Shown here piece after piece: positions 1-7,882 of a stretch of DNA of 64,000 nucleotides. The position numbers and the translations under genes are program-made. This stretch comes from Nitrospinaceae bacterium (GTDB taxonomy: Bacteria; Nitrospinota; Nitrospinia; Nitrospinales; Nitrospinaceae). The stretch's first letter is position 1, and the number at the start of each line of letters is the position of its first letter. The stretch is taken from the NCBI GenBank assembly GCA_965223665.1, contig OZ245011.1, positions 224,001 through 288,000 of the forward strand, in the 5' to 3' direction. Under the pieces are notes generated by a model, which worked only from the letters and a program-made list of their open reading frames with translations, made no database searches and was not told the DNA's origin.

Positions 1-1024
1 TGGCACCAAGGCTTTGAATCATGGCCAGGTTCTTATCTATTACATGAGTTTTTTTGCCAATAAACGGGATTTTCTCGTTTGTAAAAAGTGCATTAAGTTT
101 CTCACGACAATCGTCTTTATGAAACCCTAGCCGAGTGGGCGCTCCGGAAAGTTTGGCAATAATTCCTGTTTTAATTAGGCCTTGAAGATCTAGTACCAGA
201 TCATATTTTTTCCTTCTTATCTGACGTAAGCTAGCCAAGCATTCACTTAAACTTTTTAATCCAATATTTTTTCTCCAGTGGCGAATTTTGACAACAATTA
301 ACTCATCAAGGTCGGGGTTCTGAAAAAGAAGGTCTTTGCATTTTTCCTCTACAATCCAGGATATATGGGCATTGGGGTAGAGTTTTCTGAGCGTGTGTAA
401 CGCGGGTAAAGTATGAATCACGTCCCCCAATGAACTGAGTTTGATGATTAAAATCTTTTTTGGGGTTATGCTCATCTCCGGTTTTAAACTCTGGAATTCA
501 AAATTAACGAGAAATGGATGAAATATTTTAAAAATTAATACGCTTATTAGGATACCACAAATTGCCCCTGCAATAACGTCTGAAGGATAATGGACTCCTA
601 GATAAACACGGCTTCCTGCAGAAAAAATTGCCAGGCCAAAAATCCAAAACCTTGCATTTCGGTAAATCAACATCCATATAGTAGCTATAGCAAACGTATT
701 GGCAGCATGAATAGAAGGAAATGAATAAGAATGTGAACAGTTAATGTACAACTGGATTTCACTTGATATATGACAAGGACGTATCCTTGCAAAAAATGGC
801 TTCAATATTTTTGCAGTTACAAAGTCCGTTAAAAAGATGGCAACCAAAAAAATAATAATTACCCATAACCCACGCGATTTTTCACGGTAAAGTGTGATTC
901 CAATTGCTAAGGCACAAGGAATAATATAATTTTTCTTATCAGTTAGAAATACTACTACTGAAGCCAAAAAATCTGTGTAAAGTAACTGTTGAATCCATAG
1001 TATTAAGCTTATGTCTAAATTCAT
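1..1024 (-). CDS. waaC: PAP2-family (LpxE-like) membrane phosphatase fused in frame to lipopolysaccharide heptosyltransferase I (GT9); 3' end outside the window
   Basis: Hand translation from ATG 1024: MNLDISLILWIQ...KPFFARIRP...SFPSIHA...SRVYLGVHYPSDVIAG (three PAP2 motifs). It continues with no stop into MSITPKKILIIKLSSLGDVIHTLPAL...DLQGLIKT (GT9 heptosyltransferase N-terminus, Met at 475). 1024-475=549 nt, so both are in the same frame. Confidence 0.85.
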   Translation of the reverse strand, partial: MNLDISLILWIQQLLYTDFLASVVVFLTDKKNYIIPCALAIGITLYREKSRGLWVIIIFLVAIFLTDFVTAKILKPFFARIRPCHISSEIQLYINCSHSYSFPSIHAANTFAIATIWMLIYRNARFWIFGLAIFSAGSRVYLGVHYPSDVIAGAICGILISVLIFKIFHPFLVNFEFQSLKPEMSITPKKILIIKLSSLGDVIHTLPALHTLRKLYPNAHISWIVEEKCKDLLFQNPDLDELIVVKIRHWRKNIGLKSLSECLASLRQIRRKKYDLVLDLQGLIKTGIIAKLSGAPTRLGFHKDDCREKLNALFTNEKIPFIGKKTHVIDKNLAMIQSLGA

Positions 1025-1127
1025 TGTTTGATGTGGTTGGAGTGATTGTTAAAGCGCGGTTAGGGACTAGAGAAAAAGGATTACTAACTTCTTAATTTTA
1101 GGTTAACAGCTAAATATTATTATTTCT

Positions 1128-1817
1128 ATGAAACTTATTGAAAAAAATGCATTAATTTTATTTGCTAAAGATCCGGTGAGGGGAAAGGTGAAAACTCGGT
1201 TAACCGAACTCTATGATCCACAAATTATTTGCGACTTATACAAATGTTTTTTAACTGACAGTATTAACCAAATTAAGCAGGTAAAAGGAGTGGATCGTTT
1301 TGCTTTTGTGTTTCCAAATTTATCATCTGGTTATTTTGAATTTTTGGAAAGTAATTCTTTAAAGGTAGAGCTCCAGGAAGGAGAAAATTTGGGACAAAGA
1401 ATGGAGGTTGCAATCCGACAAAAATTTAAAATGGGTTATGAGAGAGTGGTAATCATTGGAGCGGATTCTCCTACTTTGCCTATTAAGTATATTGAATTGG
1501 CATTTAATTCCGAAAGAGACATCGTGCTTGGTCCGAGCACGGACGGGGGTTACTATTTAATTGGGATGAAAGAAAAATTCCTTTCGGTATTTGAGGGTAT
1601 CGATTGGGGAACAGAAAGAGTATTGGAACAAACCTTACACTGGGTTCGGCAAATCAAGGCTACCTTTGAACTATTACCAGTATGGTATGATGTCGATTTT
1701 CCTAATGAGCTTGCTTTCTTAAAAACTCATTTGGATTGTATGGAGTTGGCTGGAAACTTGGAGGGGAAAGTTACTAGAAAATTTTTGCAAAGCTTTAAAT
1801 TTGAGAAAACTACATGA
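1128..1817 (+). CDS. TIGR04282/DUF2064-family nucleotidyl/glycosyltransferase-fold protein
   Basis: Motifs FAKxPxxGKVKTRL, QxGxNLGxRM, IIGADSP, LGPSTDGGYYLIG and WYDVD. Confidence 0.8.
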   Translation: MKLIEKNALILFAKDPVRGKVKTRLTELYDPQIICDLYKCFLTDSINQIKQVKGVDRFAFVFPNLSSGYFEFLESNSLKVELQEGENLGQRMEVAIRQKFKMGYERVVIIGADSPTLPIKYIELAFNSERDIVLGPSTDGGYYLIGMKEKFLSVFEGIDWGTERVLEQTLHWVRQIKATFELLPVWYDVDFPNELAFLKTHLDCMELAGNLEGKVTRKFLQSFKFEKTT

Positions 1818-3100
1818 AAATCTTGAAGTATTCAGATGCAAATTTTAAAGATGAAATCAGTGCCATAATTAACCGGTGTGATGTTGATTTCCAGGAAGAA
1901 GATGAAGTGGTTCGCAGTATTATTCATGCGGTTAAAAACCGTGGGGATGAGGCGCTACTGGAATACACTCACCGTTTTGATAATGCATCTTATTCCATCG
2001 AAGATATCCAGGTAAAAGAAGAAGAAATTCAAAAAGCTTATGACCAAATTCAGTTGAACGAATTAGAAGCACTAAAATTGGCCGCAGATAATATATCCAG
2101 ATATCATCAAAAGCAGACTCAGGAGTCTTGGGAGTATAAAGAAGGTGAAGTTCAATTAGGTCAGGTCATCCGTCCCTTATCAAAAGTAGGAATATACGTT
2201 CCAGGGGGAAAGGCTTCTTATCCTTCCTCAGTGCTGATGAATGCTATTCCGGCAAAGGTTGCAGGGGTGAATCAAATCATCATGTGTTCCCCAACGCCAA
2301 ATGAAGAAGTCAGCCCTCATTCTTTAGTGGCTGCAGATTTAGCAGGAGTGAGTACAATTTATAAAGTAGGTGGCGCTCAAGCTGTCGCGGCTATGGCTTA
2401 TGGAACAGAGTGTATTCCTAAAGTAGATAAAATAGTGGGTCCGGGAAATATTTATGTAGCCTTGGCGAAACGTATGGTCTTTGGTTTGGTTGATATTGAT
2501 ATGATCGCAGGGCCAAGTGAGATTTTAGTGGTTGCTGATGAGACGGCAAATCCTGAATATGTAGCTGCAGACTTGTTATCCCAGGCAGAGCATGATGAGC
2601 AGGCTGTTCCCATCTTAATAACCCCTTCCCAAAAATTGGCGGATGCTACTTTCCTTGAACTGGAAACCCAAAAAAGCCAGAGGCAGCGAGTGGATATTAT
2701 TGAAGCATCATTAAATGATCGTTGTTTTGCATTTATTACTCAGACTTTAGACGAGGCAATGGAATGGGCAAATCAAATCGCACCTGAGCATTTGGAACTG
2801 GCAGTGGATCAGCCCTGGAAATGGGTTAAAAAAGTCAAAAATGCCGGGGCAGTGTTTTTAGGTCACTTTACGCCAGAAGCTATTGGAGATTATTTAGCCG
2901 GTCCAAACCATGTTTTGCCAACCAGTGGTACGGCTAGATTTTCTTCTCCCCTGGGAGTTTATGACTTCGTAAAGCGGACCAGCATAATATCGTATTCCCA
3001 AAATGAGCTGAAAAAAGTTGGAAAATCGTGTCAAATATTGGCGGAAATGGAAAAATTAGATGCCCATTCATTTGCGGTAAAAGTGAGGATTTCTGAATAG
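1814..3100 (+). CDS. hisD: Histidinol dehydrogenase
   Basis: GIYVPGGKASYPSSVLM, IDMIAGPSE, LLSQAEHD, APEHLEL and GPNHVLPT motifs. Confidence 0.97.
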   Translation: MKILKYSDANFKDEISAIINRCDVDFQEEDEVVRSIIHAVKNRGDEALLEYTHRFDNASYSIEDIQVKEEEIQKAYDQIQLNELEALKLAADNISRYHQKQTQESWEYKEGEVQLGQVIRPLSKVGIYVPGGKASYPSSVLMNAIPAKVAGVNQIIMCSPTPNEEVSPHSLVAADLAGVSTIYKVGGAQAVAAMAYGTECIPKVDKIVGPGNIYVALAKRMVFGLVDIDMIAGPSEILVVADETANPEYVAADLLSQAEHDEQAVPILITPSQKLADATFLELETQKSQRQRVDIIEASLNDRCFAFITQTLDEAMEWANQIAPEHLELAVDQPWKWVKKVKNAGAVFLGHFTPEAIGDYLAGPNHVLPTSGTARFSSPLGVYDFVKRTSIISYSQNELKKVGKSCQILAEMEKLDAHSFAVKVRISE

Positions 3101-3145
3101 GCCAAAAGCTGGAAAGTGCTTGGAAAATTAATTCTTAGAATTGTC

Positions 3146-3174
3146 TTGACAACAAAAAATGGCCATGTTAAATA
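3146..3174 (+). promoter_or_regulatory. Candidate sigma70 promoter of the respiratory operon
   Basis: Perfect TTGACA at 3146, followed by an imperfect TG-TTAAAT/TAAATA -10 region. Confidence 0.35.
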
Positions 3175-3451
3175 ACAGCGTCTGGCTATGAAAGGTCGGA
3201 AGAGCCTTGCAAGTCCTTATTATTTATAAGGTTGGGAAAAACAAGGAGTTAGCGGTAACTTTGTCGCTCGATGGTTTCTTTGATGAGTTTGATTTTATTT
3301 AAAATTCGTCATTAAACTGTTTTTTTTATAGTAGATTTCGTACAAACTAGATTGTGATCAAATTTTAAAAACTATATGGTTTTGAATTTTTTAAATAAAA
3401 ACAATTTTATATTCCTAGGATGCCCAGTTTATTCCTTGAGGAGGTTAGGCA

Positions 3452-5434
3452 ATGATTAATGCAAAGGCTAAATGTTTTAGGGGTTTGCCGATTGTGCTTA
3501 TGTTGGCGTTTGCCATGTTCGCACTCCCTGGTGTTTTTGCTGATGACGCGTATGCAAAGGAAGTATACGCGGAGCAAGCATTCGCTGAAGAGGCTTTCGC
3601 CAAAGAAGTATTGGCTGAAGAAGAGGAAGCCGCTGAAGGCGGAGAGCCCCAAATTGAGTGGAGTCAAGACGTTTTCTACAAAGATTGGGAAGGTAATCCA
3701 CTAAAAGGTCCTGTGAGTGGTGCTCCGGCTCCTGAACTTGAGGATGTGGATTACAACAATTATGATTTCGCGCCAAGCCGAATTTTGCTTTGGATCGCAA
3801 ATCAACAGCATTTGTATTTCGGAAGTTTCGTTCTGGCGGTTCCCATTTTCTGTATGATCATTGAATTCTTGGGGATTCGTACTAAAGAGAGCGATCCTGT
3901 GATTTCCGAGAAATACGACAAATTGGCTCACGACTTAATGAAAGTTAGTTTGACTGCATATTCTTGGACCGCGATATTAGGCGGCGTATTGCTTTTTACC
4001 TTTATCACCCTGTTTCCGGGATTTTTTAAGTATATGGCTGGAATTTTCCGACCGGTAATGCATGTGTATGCATTAATGTTCCTGGCGGAAAGTGGTGTTC
4101 TTTATGTTTATTATTATGGCTGGGATAAAATGAAAAGTGATCCATTTCTAAAATGGATTCATTGTAGTTTGTCTGTGTTGCTCAACCTAATCGGTACCGT
4201 TTTGATGTACTTGGCTAATTCCTGGGCGACTTTTATGCAAGCTCCTGGTGGAATTGATGAGCAAGGTCGATTTTTAGGTAATATTTGGCACGTAATTCAT
4301 TCCACCCTGTGGAATCCGGTTGGGGTTCATCGTATTTTGGGTAACATCGTATTTGGCGGTGGTATCGTTGGTGCTTACGCTGCTTATCATTATCTGACTG
4401 CTAAAAATGAAGAAGAAAAAGCGCATTATGACTGGGTATGTTATGTTGCGATGTTTATCGCGATTTTTGGCCTGATTCCTCTGCCATTTGCTGGTTACTG
4501 GTTGATGAAGGAAGTGTATGCTTTCCGCCAACAAATGGGTATTACCTTGATGGGTGGAATTATGGCTTGGCTGTTTATTATCCAAGCGGTAATGATTGGT
4601 CTATTGTTCTTCGGAGCAAACTCTTATCTGCATAATTCGATGTCCCGGGTCTCGGGTTCGCATCGTTATATGAAATATTGTAAATATATGATTCTGCTCT
4701 TAATCGTTTGTTTTACGATGTGGATGACTCCTCACACTATCGTTATGACACCGGCTGAATTGAAAGCGATGGGTGGTGCGCAACATCCTGTTGTGGGTCA
4801 CTTTGGAGTTATGTCCGCGAAAAATACGGCGGTTAATTTGATGATCACTTGTACGATCCTTTGTTTCTTGCTCTATCAAAGGTCAAACAAGATCATTAAG
4901 GTAGGTTGGGCGACGATTGGTAATTGCTGGATCACAGCAATTTTTATCGGCGCTGCATGTAATATTATCTTCCTGGGTGTATATGGTTACTTCCTCCCTG
5001 CAAACCAACGGGTGGGTCTCTCAGTTCCTCAGGTAACAAGTACTTTGACGACATTGTTTGCTGGTACAGCAATTAATATCTCCATGTTTAAAGATTCAGA
5101 AAGTTATGGAGAAATACAATGGGGTACGCAGTCCAAGGTTGGAACTTACGCTATTTTCTTATTAGCGATTTCCTTTACCTGGCTGATGGGTCTCATGGGT
5201 TATATCCGATCAGCGGTACGATTGTTTTGGCACGTGACTGAAGTATTGCGTGATAATTCTCCAGATGCGTATACCTTGACAATTGGTGAAGCAGGTAAAA
5301 TTCTAACTTTTAATGCACTGTTTGTTTGGGTACAGTTTGTGATCGTTTTCTGGGTTGGTAGTTTGACCGGTAAGAAGAAAGCGGCAGAAGCGGCTCCACA
5401 GGGAGTTCCGGTGCCAGCACAACAGCAACAATAA
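3452..5434 (+). CDS. Cytochrome bd-like oxidase subunit I (CydA-like) polytopic membrane protein with N-terminal signal peptide
   Basis: Many TM helices. QQHLYFGSFVLAVP, FLAES, ANSWATFMQAP and VHRILG resemble the CydA H19, E107, ANGWMQ and H186 regions. Strong RBS GAGGAGG. Confidence 0.8.
   Translation: MINAKAKCFRGLPIVLMLAFAMFALPGVFADDAYAKEVYAEQAFAEEAFAKEVLAEEEEAAEGGEPQIEWSQDVFYKDWEGNPLKGPVSGAPAPELEDVDYNNYDFAPSRILLWIANQQHLYFGSFVLAVPIFCMIIEFLGIRTKESDPVISEKYDKLAHDLMKVSLTAYSWTAILGGVLLFTFITLFPGFFKYMAGIFRPVMHVYALMFLAESGVLYVYYYGWDKMKSDPFLKWIHCSLSVLLNLIGTVLMYLANSWATFMQAPGGIDEQGRFLGNIWHVIHSTLWNPVGVHRILGNIVFGGGIVGAYAAYHYLTAKNEEEKAHYDWVCYVAMFIAIFGLIPLPFAGYWLMKEVYAFRQQMGITLMGGIMAWLFIIQAVMIGLLFFGANSYLHNSMSRVSGSHRYMKYCKYMILLLIVCFTMWMTPHTIVMTPAELKAMGGAQHPVVGHFGVMSAKNTAVNLMITCTILCFLLYQRSNKIIKVGWATIGNCWITAIFIGAACNIIFLGVYGYFLPANQRVGLSVPQVTSTLTTLFAGTAINISMFKDSESYGEIQWGTQSKVGTYAIFLLAISFTWLMGLMGYIRSAVRLFWHVTEVLRDNSPDAYTLTIGEAGKILTFNALFVWVQFVIVFWVGSLTGKKKAAEAAPQGVPVPAQQQQ
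3533..3622 (+). repeat. Six degenerate 15-bp/5-aa tandem units after the signal peptide
   Basis: VFA-DD, AYA-KE, VYA-EQ, AFA-EE, AFA-KE, VLA-EE. Confidence 0.7.
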
Positions 5435-5479
5435 TTAGCAAAGTATTTTTAATCTTAGCTAGAAGAGGAGAAAAGAGGG

Positions 5480-6832
5480 ATGCTTCCTGAGCAGCAAGAT
5501 ATATTATGGACATTTGTTACCATAATGTTCACGCTATTCTCGGTTTATGCTTTTGTTAATGTTATTAAACATTGCCGAGAGCACGAGGGTGTGAATACAA
5601 CATTATGGGGTGGTGTTTTTGGTGCGTTTATTATTATTAATTTATTGCTCACCAACCACATGTTTGACCTCACACAGCAAGAGCAGTTGGGTTTTATTTC
5701 TTGGCAGGTTTTGACCGTGCTAATCATGTTGCTGGTATGGGGAGTTTTCTTTAAAAGTGAAAAGATTGAAAATCAGTCGCCTCCTTTATTAAGGGCGGCT
5801 TTTTTCTATTCTACTATTTCTGTTCTTCTCGCGGGATATACCAACTGGTTGCCGCAACAGCGTAGTGATCCTCCGCCAAAAGGTGGAATTAAGCTTGAAG
5901 GGGAAATCACTATGGATCAGTATACTGAAATGGGTCGAATCATTGTGTTCGGCGCAAAGCAGGTTGCTGGTCAAAAAGCAATTGGTAAAGGTCAATGTCC
6001 TCTATGTCATACTTTTGATCCTGGGGATAATATCGGTCGCTGTCCTAACTTGTTTGGAGTTGAAGAGCGTAGTCATACTCGTGTTAAGGAAGACCGTTAT
6101 TTAAATGAGCCTATCAAAATTGGTGAAAAAGATCAGGCCTCAGGGATCGTAAAAGGGAAGCCGATGGATATCCCTGCGGAGTATCGTCGTCAAGGAAGTG
6201 ATGAGCTAAATGGTGAGGATTATATCCGTGAATCGTTGATGTGTCCTTCCTGTTATGTTGTGAAAGGTTATGGTAAAGCGGGGGATACCGTTAGCCCGAT
6301 GCCAGTTATCAGCAAGCCTCCCATTAGTTTAAGTCCTATGGAATTAAATGCCGTCATAGGTTGGTTGCAGTCTAAGGATACTCCGGGTGACTTTGCTAAA
6401 GTAACTGTTCCGTTGCCTTCAGGGGATGATAGTGCTCCTGCAGAAGAAGCTCCTGCAGACGATACGGAAGCACCTGTTTTCGTGACGGGTAATGAGCCGA
6501 TAGAGGAAATGATTAATACTTTGGGTTGTCCTCTCTGTCATACTATTCCTGGTATTCCAGGGGCAGTTGGAGAGTTAGGCCCGAAGTTGCATGAAAAAAC
6601 AAATGGTCCTCTGCGGTTGAAAGACCCGAATTATAAGGGTAAAGCTAAAACCGCTCGAGAATATACAAAAGAATCAATTTTAAATCCTAATGCTTATATT
6701 GTTATAGATGATGCCGGAGAGCCATATCCTGAAGGTGTAATGCCGCAGGATTTTGCCAGCAAATTATCTGTGAATGCTTTAGATAAATTGGTTGATTTTA
6801 TAAGTAATACTACAGCGCCTGAAGAAGGTTAA
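5480..6832 (+). CDS. Membrane-anchored diheme cytochrome c
   Basis: About 4 N-terminal TM segments and two CPLCH heme motifs, each followed by a PxL...ES...Y...MP cytochrome c pattern. Confidence 0.88.
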   Translation: MLPEQQDILWTFVTIMFTLFSVYAFVNVIKHCREHEGVNTTLWGGVFGAFIIINLLLTNHMFDLTQQEQLGFISWQVLTVLIMLLVWGVFFKSEKIENQSPPLLRAAFFYSTISVLLAGYTNWLPQQRSDPPPKGGIKLEGEITMDQYTEMGRIIVFGAKQVAGQKAIGKGQCPLCHTFDPGDNIGRCPNLFGVEERSHTRVKEDRYLNEPIKIGEKDQASGIVKGKPMDIPAEYRRQGSDELNGEDYIRESLMCPSCYVVKGYGKAGDTVSPMPVISKPPISLSPMELNAVIGWLQSKDTPGDFAKVTVPLPSGDDSAPAEEAPADDTEAPVFVTGNEPIEEMINTLGCPLCHTIPGIPGAVGELGPKLHEKTNGPLRLKDPNYKGKAKTAREYTKESILNPNAYIVIDDAGEPYPEGVMPQDFASKLSVNALDKLVDFISNTTAPEEG

Positions 6833-6847
6833 TCCTGGAGGGTAAAG

Positions 6848-7828
6848 ATGAACAAAGTAATTGTTGGTTTAATTATGTACGCGGTGGGTTGGGCGGCCTT
6901 CCATTTTGGGTTGTTCAAAATGTTTACCCCCAAAGAATTTTCTTGGGTGTTTAACCGCTACGTGTATTTTTTATTGTTAGTTCTTTATTTTATTTGTTTC
7001 AACCTGATTTTAAGGCTGAAGCCCCCAATGGCGCTTAATGCCTTAATTGTTTGGTTAACGGGTTTATACTTTTATAAGTTTATATTGTATCCGCCCATTC
7101 CTTGGACTCTCCTGATCACTTATATGATGCTTTGGAGTATCGGAACCTTCCTTTACATTTCGCAGGATCCGGTTACTTTTAAAGAGTTCAGGCGACCGAT
7201 TGTAAGAACAATTATTGGTGATTTTAAAATTACGAGAATTATAGTTTTTGCATTGCTTCCTCTTTTAGTGGGTTTTGCAACCTATAAATCTTTAGAACCA
7301 AACTTCCCGGAACCGGTTGAGTTGCGTACCGTGCATCCTGCTCCTCCAGCTACAACCCGGGTGCATGGAAAAACTTATCAATTGGAAGGAACTCAGAATC
7401 CTTTCCGGATTGATGAACAAGATAATTATAAGGATAGTTTCCCATTTCTAGATGCTGACAAAGAAAAATATGTCAAATACATCACAGAAGGTGGAACCAT
7501 CTTTTTTCAAAATTGTCATTATTGTCATGGCGATCAATTGAATGGTTTGGGAATGTTTTCTCACGTTTTCAATCCTACTCCGGCTAATTTTATCGATCCG
7601 GGAACGATTGCCATGTTACGTGAATCTTTCCTCTTTTGGCGGGTTTCAAAAGGTGGTCCAGGGTTACCTAATGAATCAACACCTTGGTCCTCTGCAATGC
7701 CACCTTGGGAAGAGCATTTGAAGACTGAAGAAATTTGGAAAGTCATTTTGTTTGAGTATTGGTATACAGGATGGCATCCAAGAACATTCGACGAAGAGTC
7801 TTCCTTTGGCGAAGGTGATAAAGAATAA
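6848..7828 (+). CDS. Polytopic membrane protein with C-terminal monoheme cytochrome c
   Basis: Hydrophobic N-terminal half, CHYCHG motif and distal Met in SAMPPW. Confidence 0.88.
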   Translation: MNKVIVGLIMYAVGWAAFHFGLFKMFTPKEFSWVFNRYVYFLLLVLYFICFNLILRLKPPMALNALIVWLTGLYFYKFILYPPIPWTLLITYMMLWSIGTFLYISQDPVTFKEFRRPIVRTIIGDFKITRIIVFALLPLLVGFATYKSLEPNFPEPVELRTVHPAPPATTRVHGKTYQLEGTQNPFRIDEQDNYKDSFPFLDADKEKYVKYITEGGTIFFQNCHYCHGDQLNGLGMFSHVFNPTPANFIDPGTIAMLRESFLFWRVSKGGPGLPNESTPWSSAMPPWEEHLKTEEIWKVILFEYWYTGWHPRTFDEESSFGEGDKE

Positions 7829-7882
7829 ACTAAATTTTAATTTTAAAAATTTTAATATATTCGAAAAGTCTAAGAGGAAATT

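Noticed and set aside
6240-6256. CPSCY as a third heme-binding motif
   Set aside because: It lacks the His and aligns with the non-heme NPNAY segment of the duplicated second domain.
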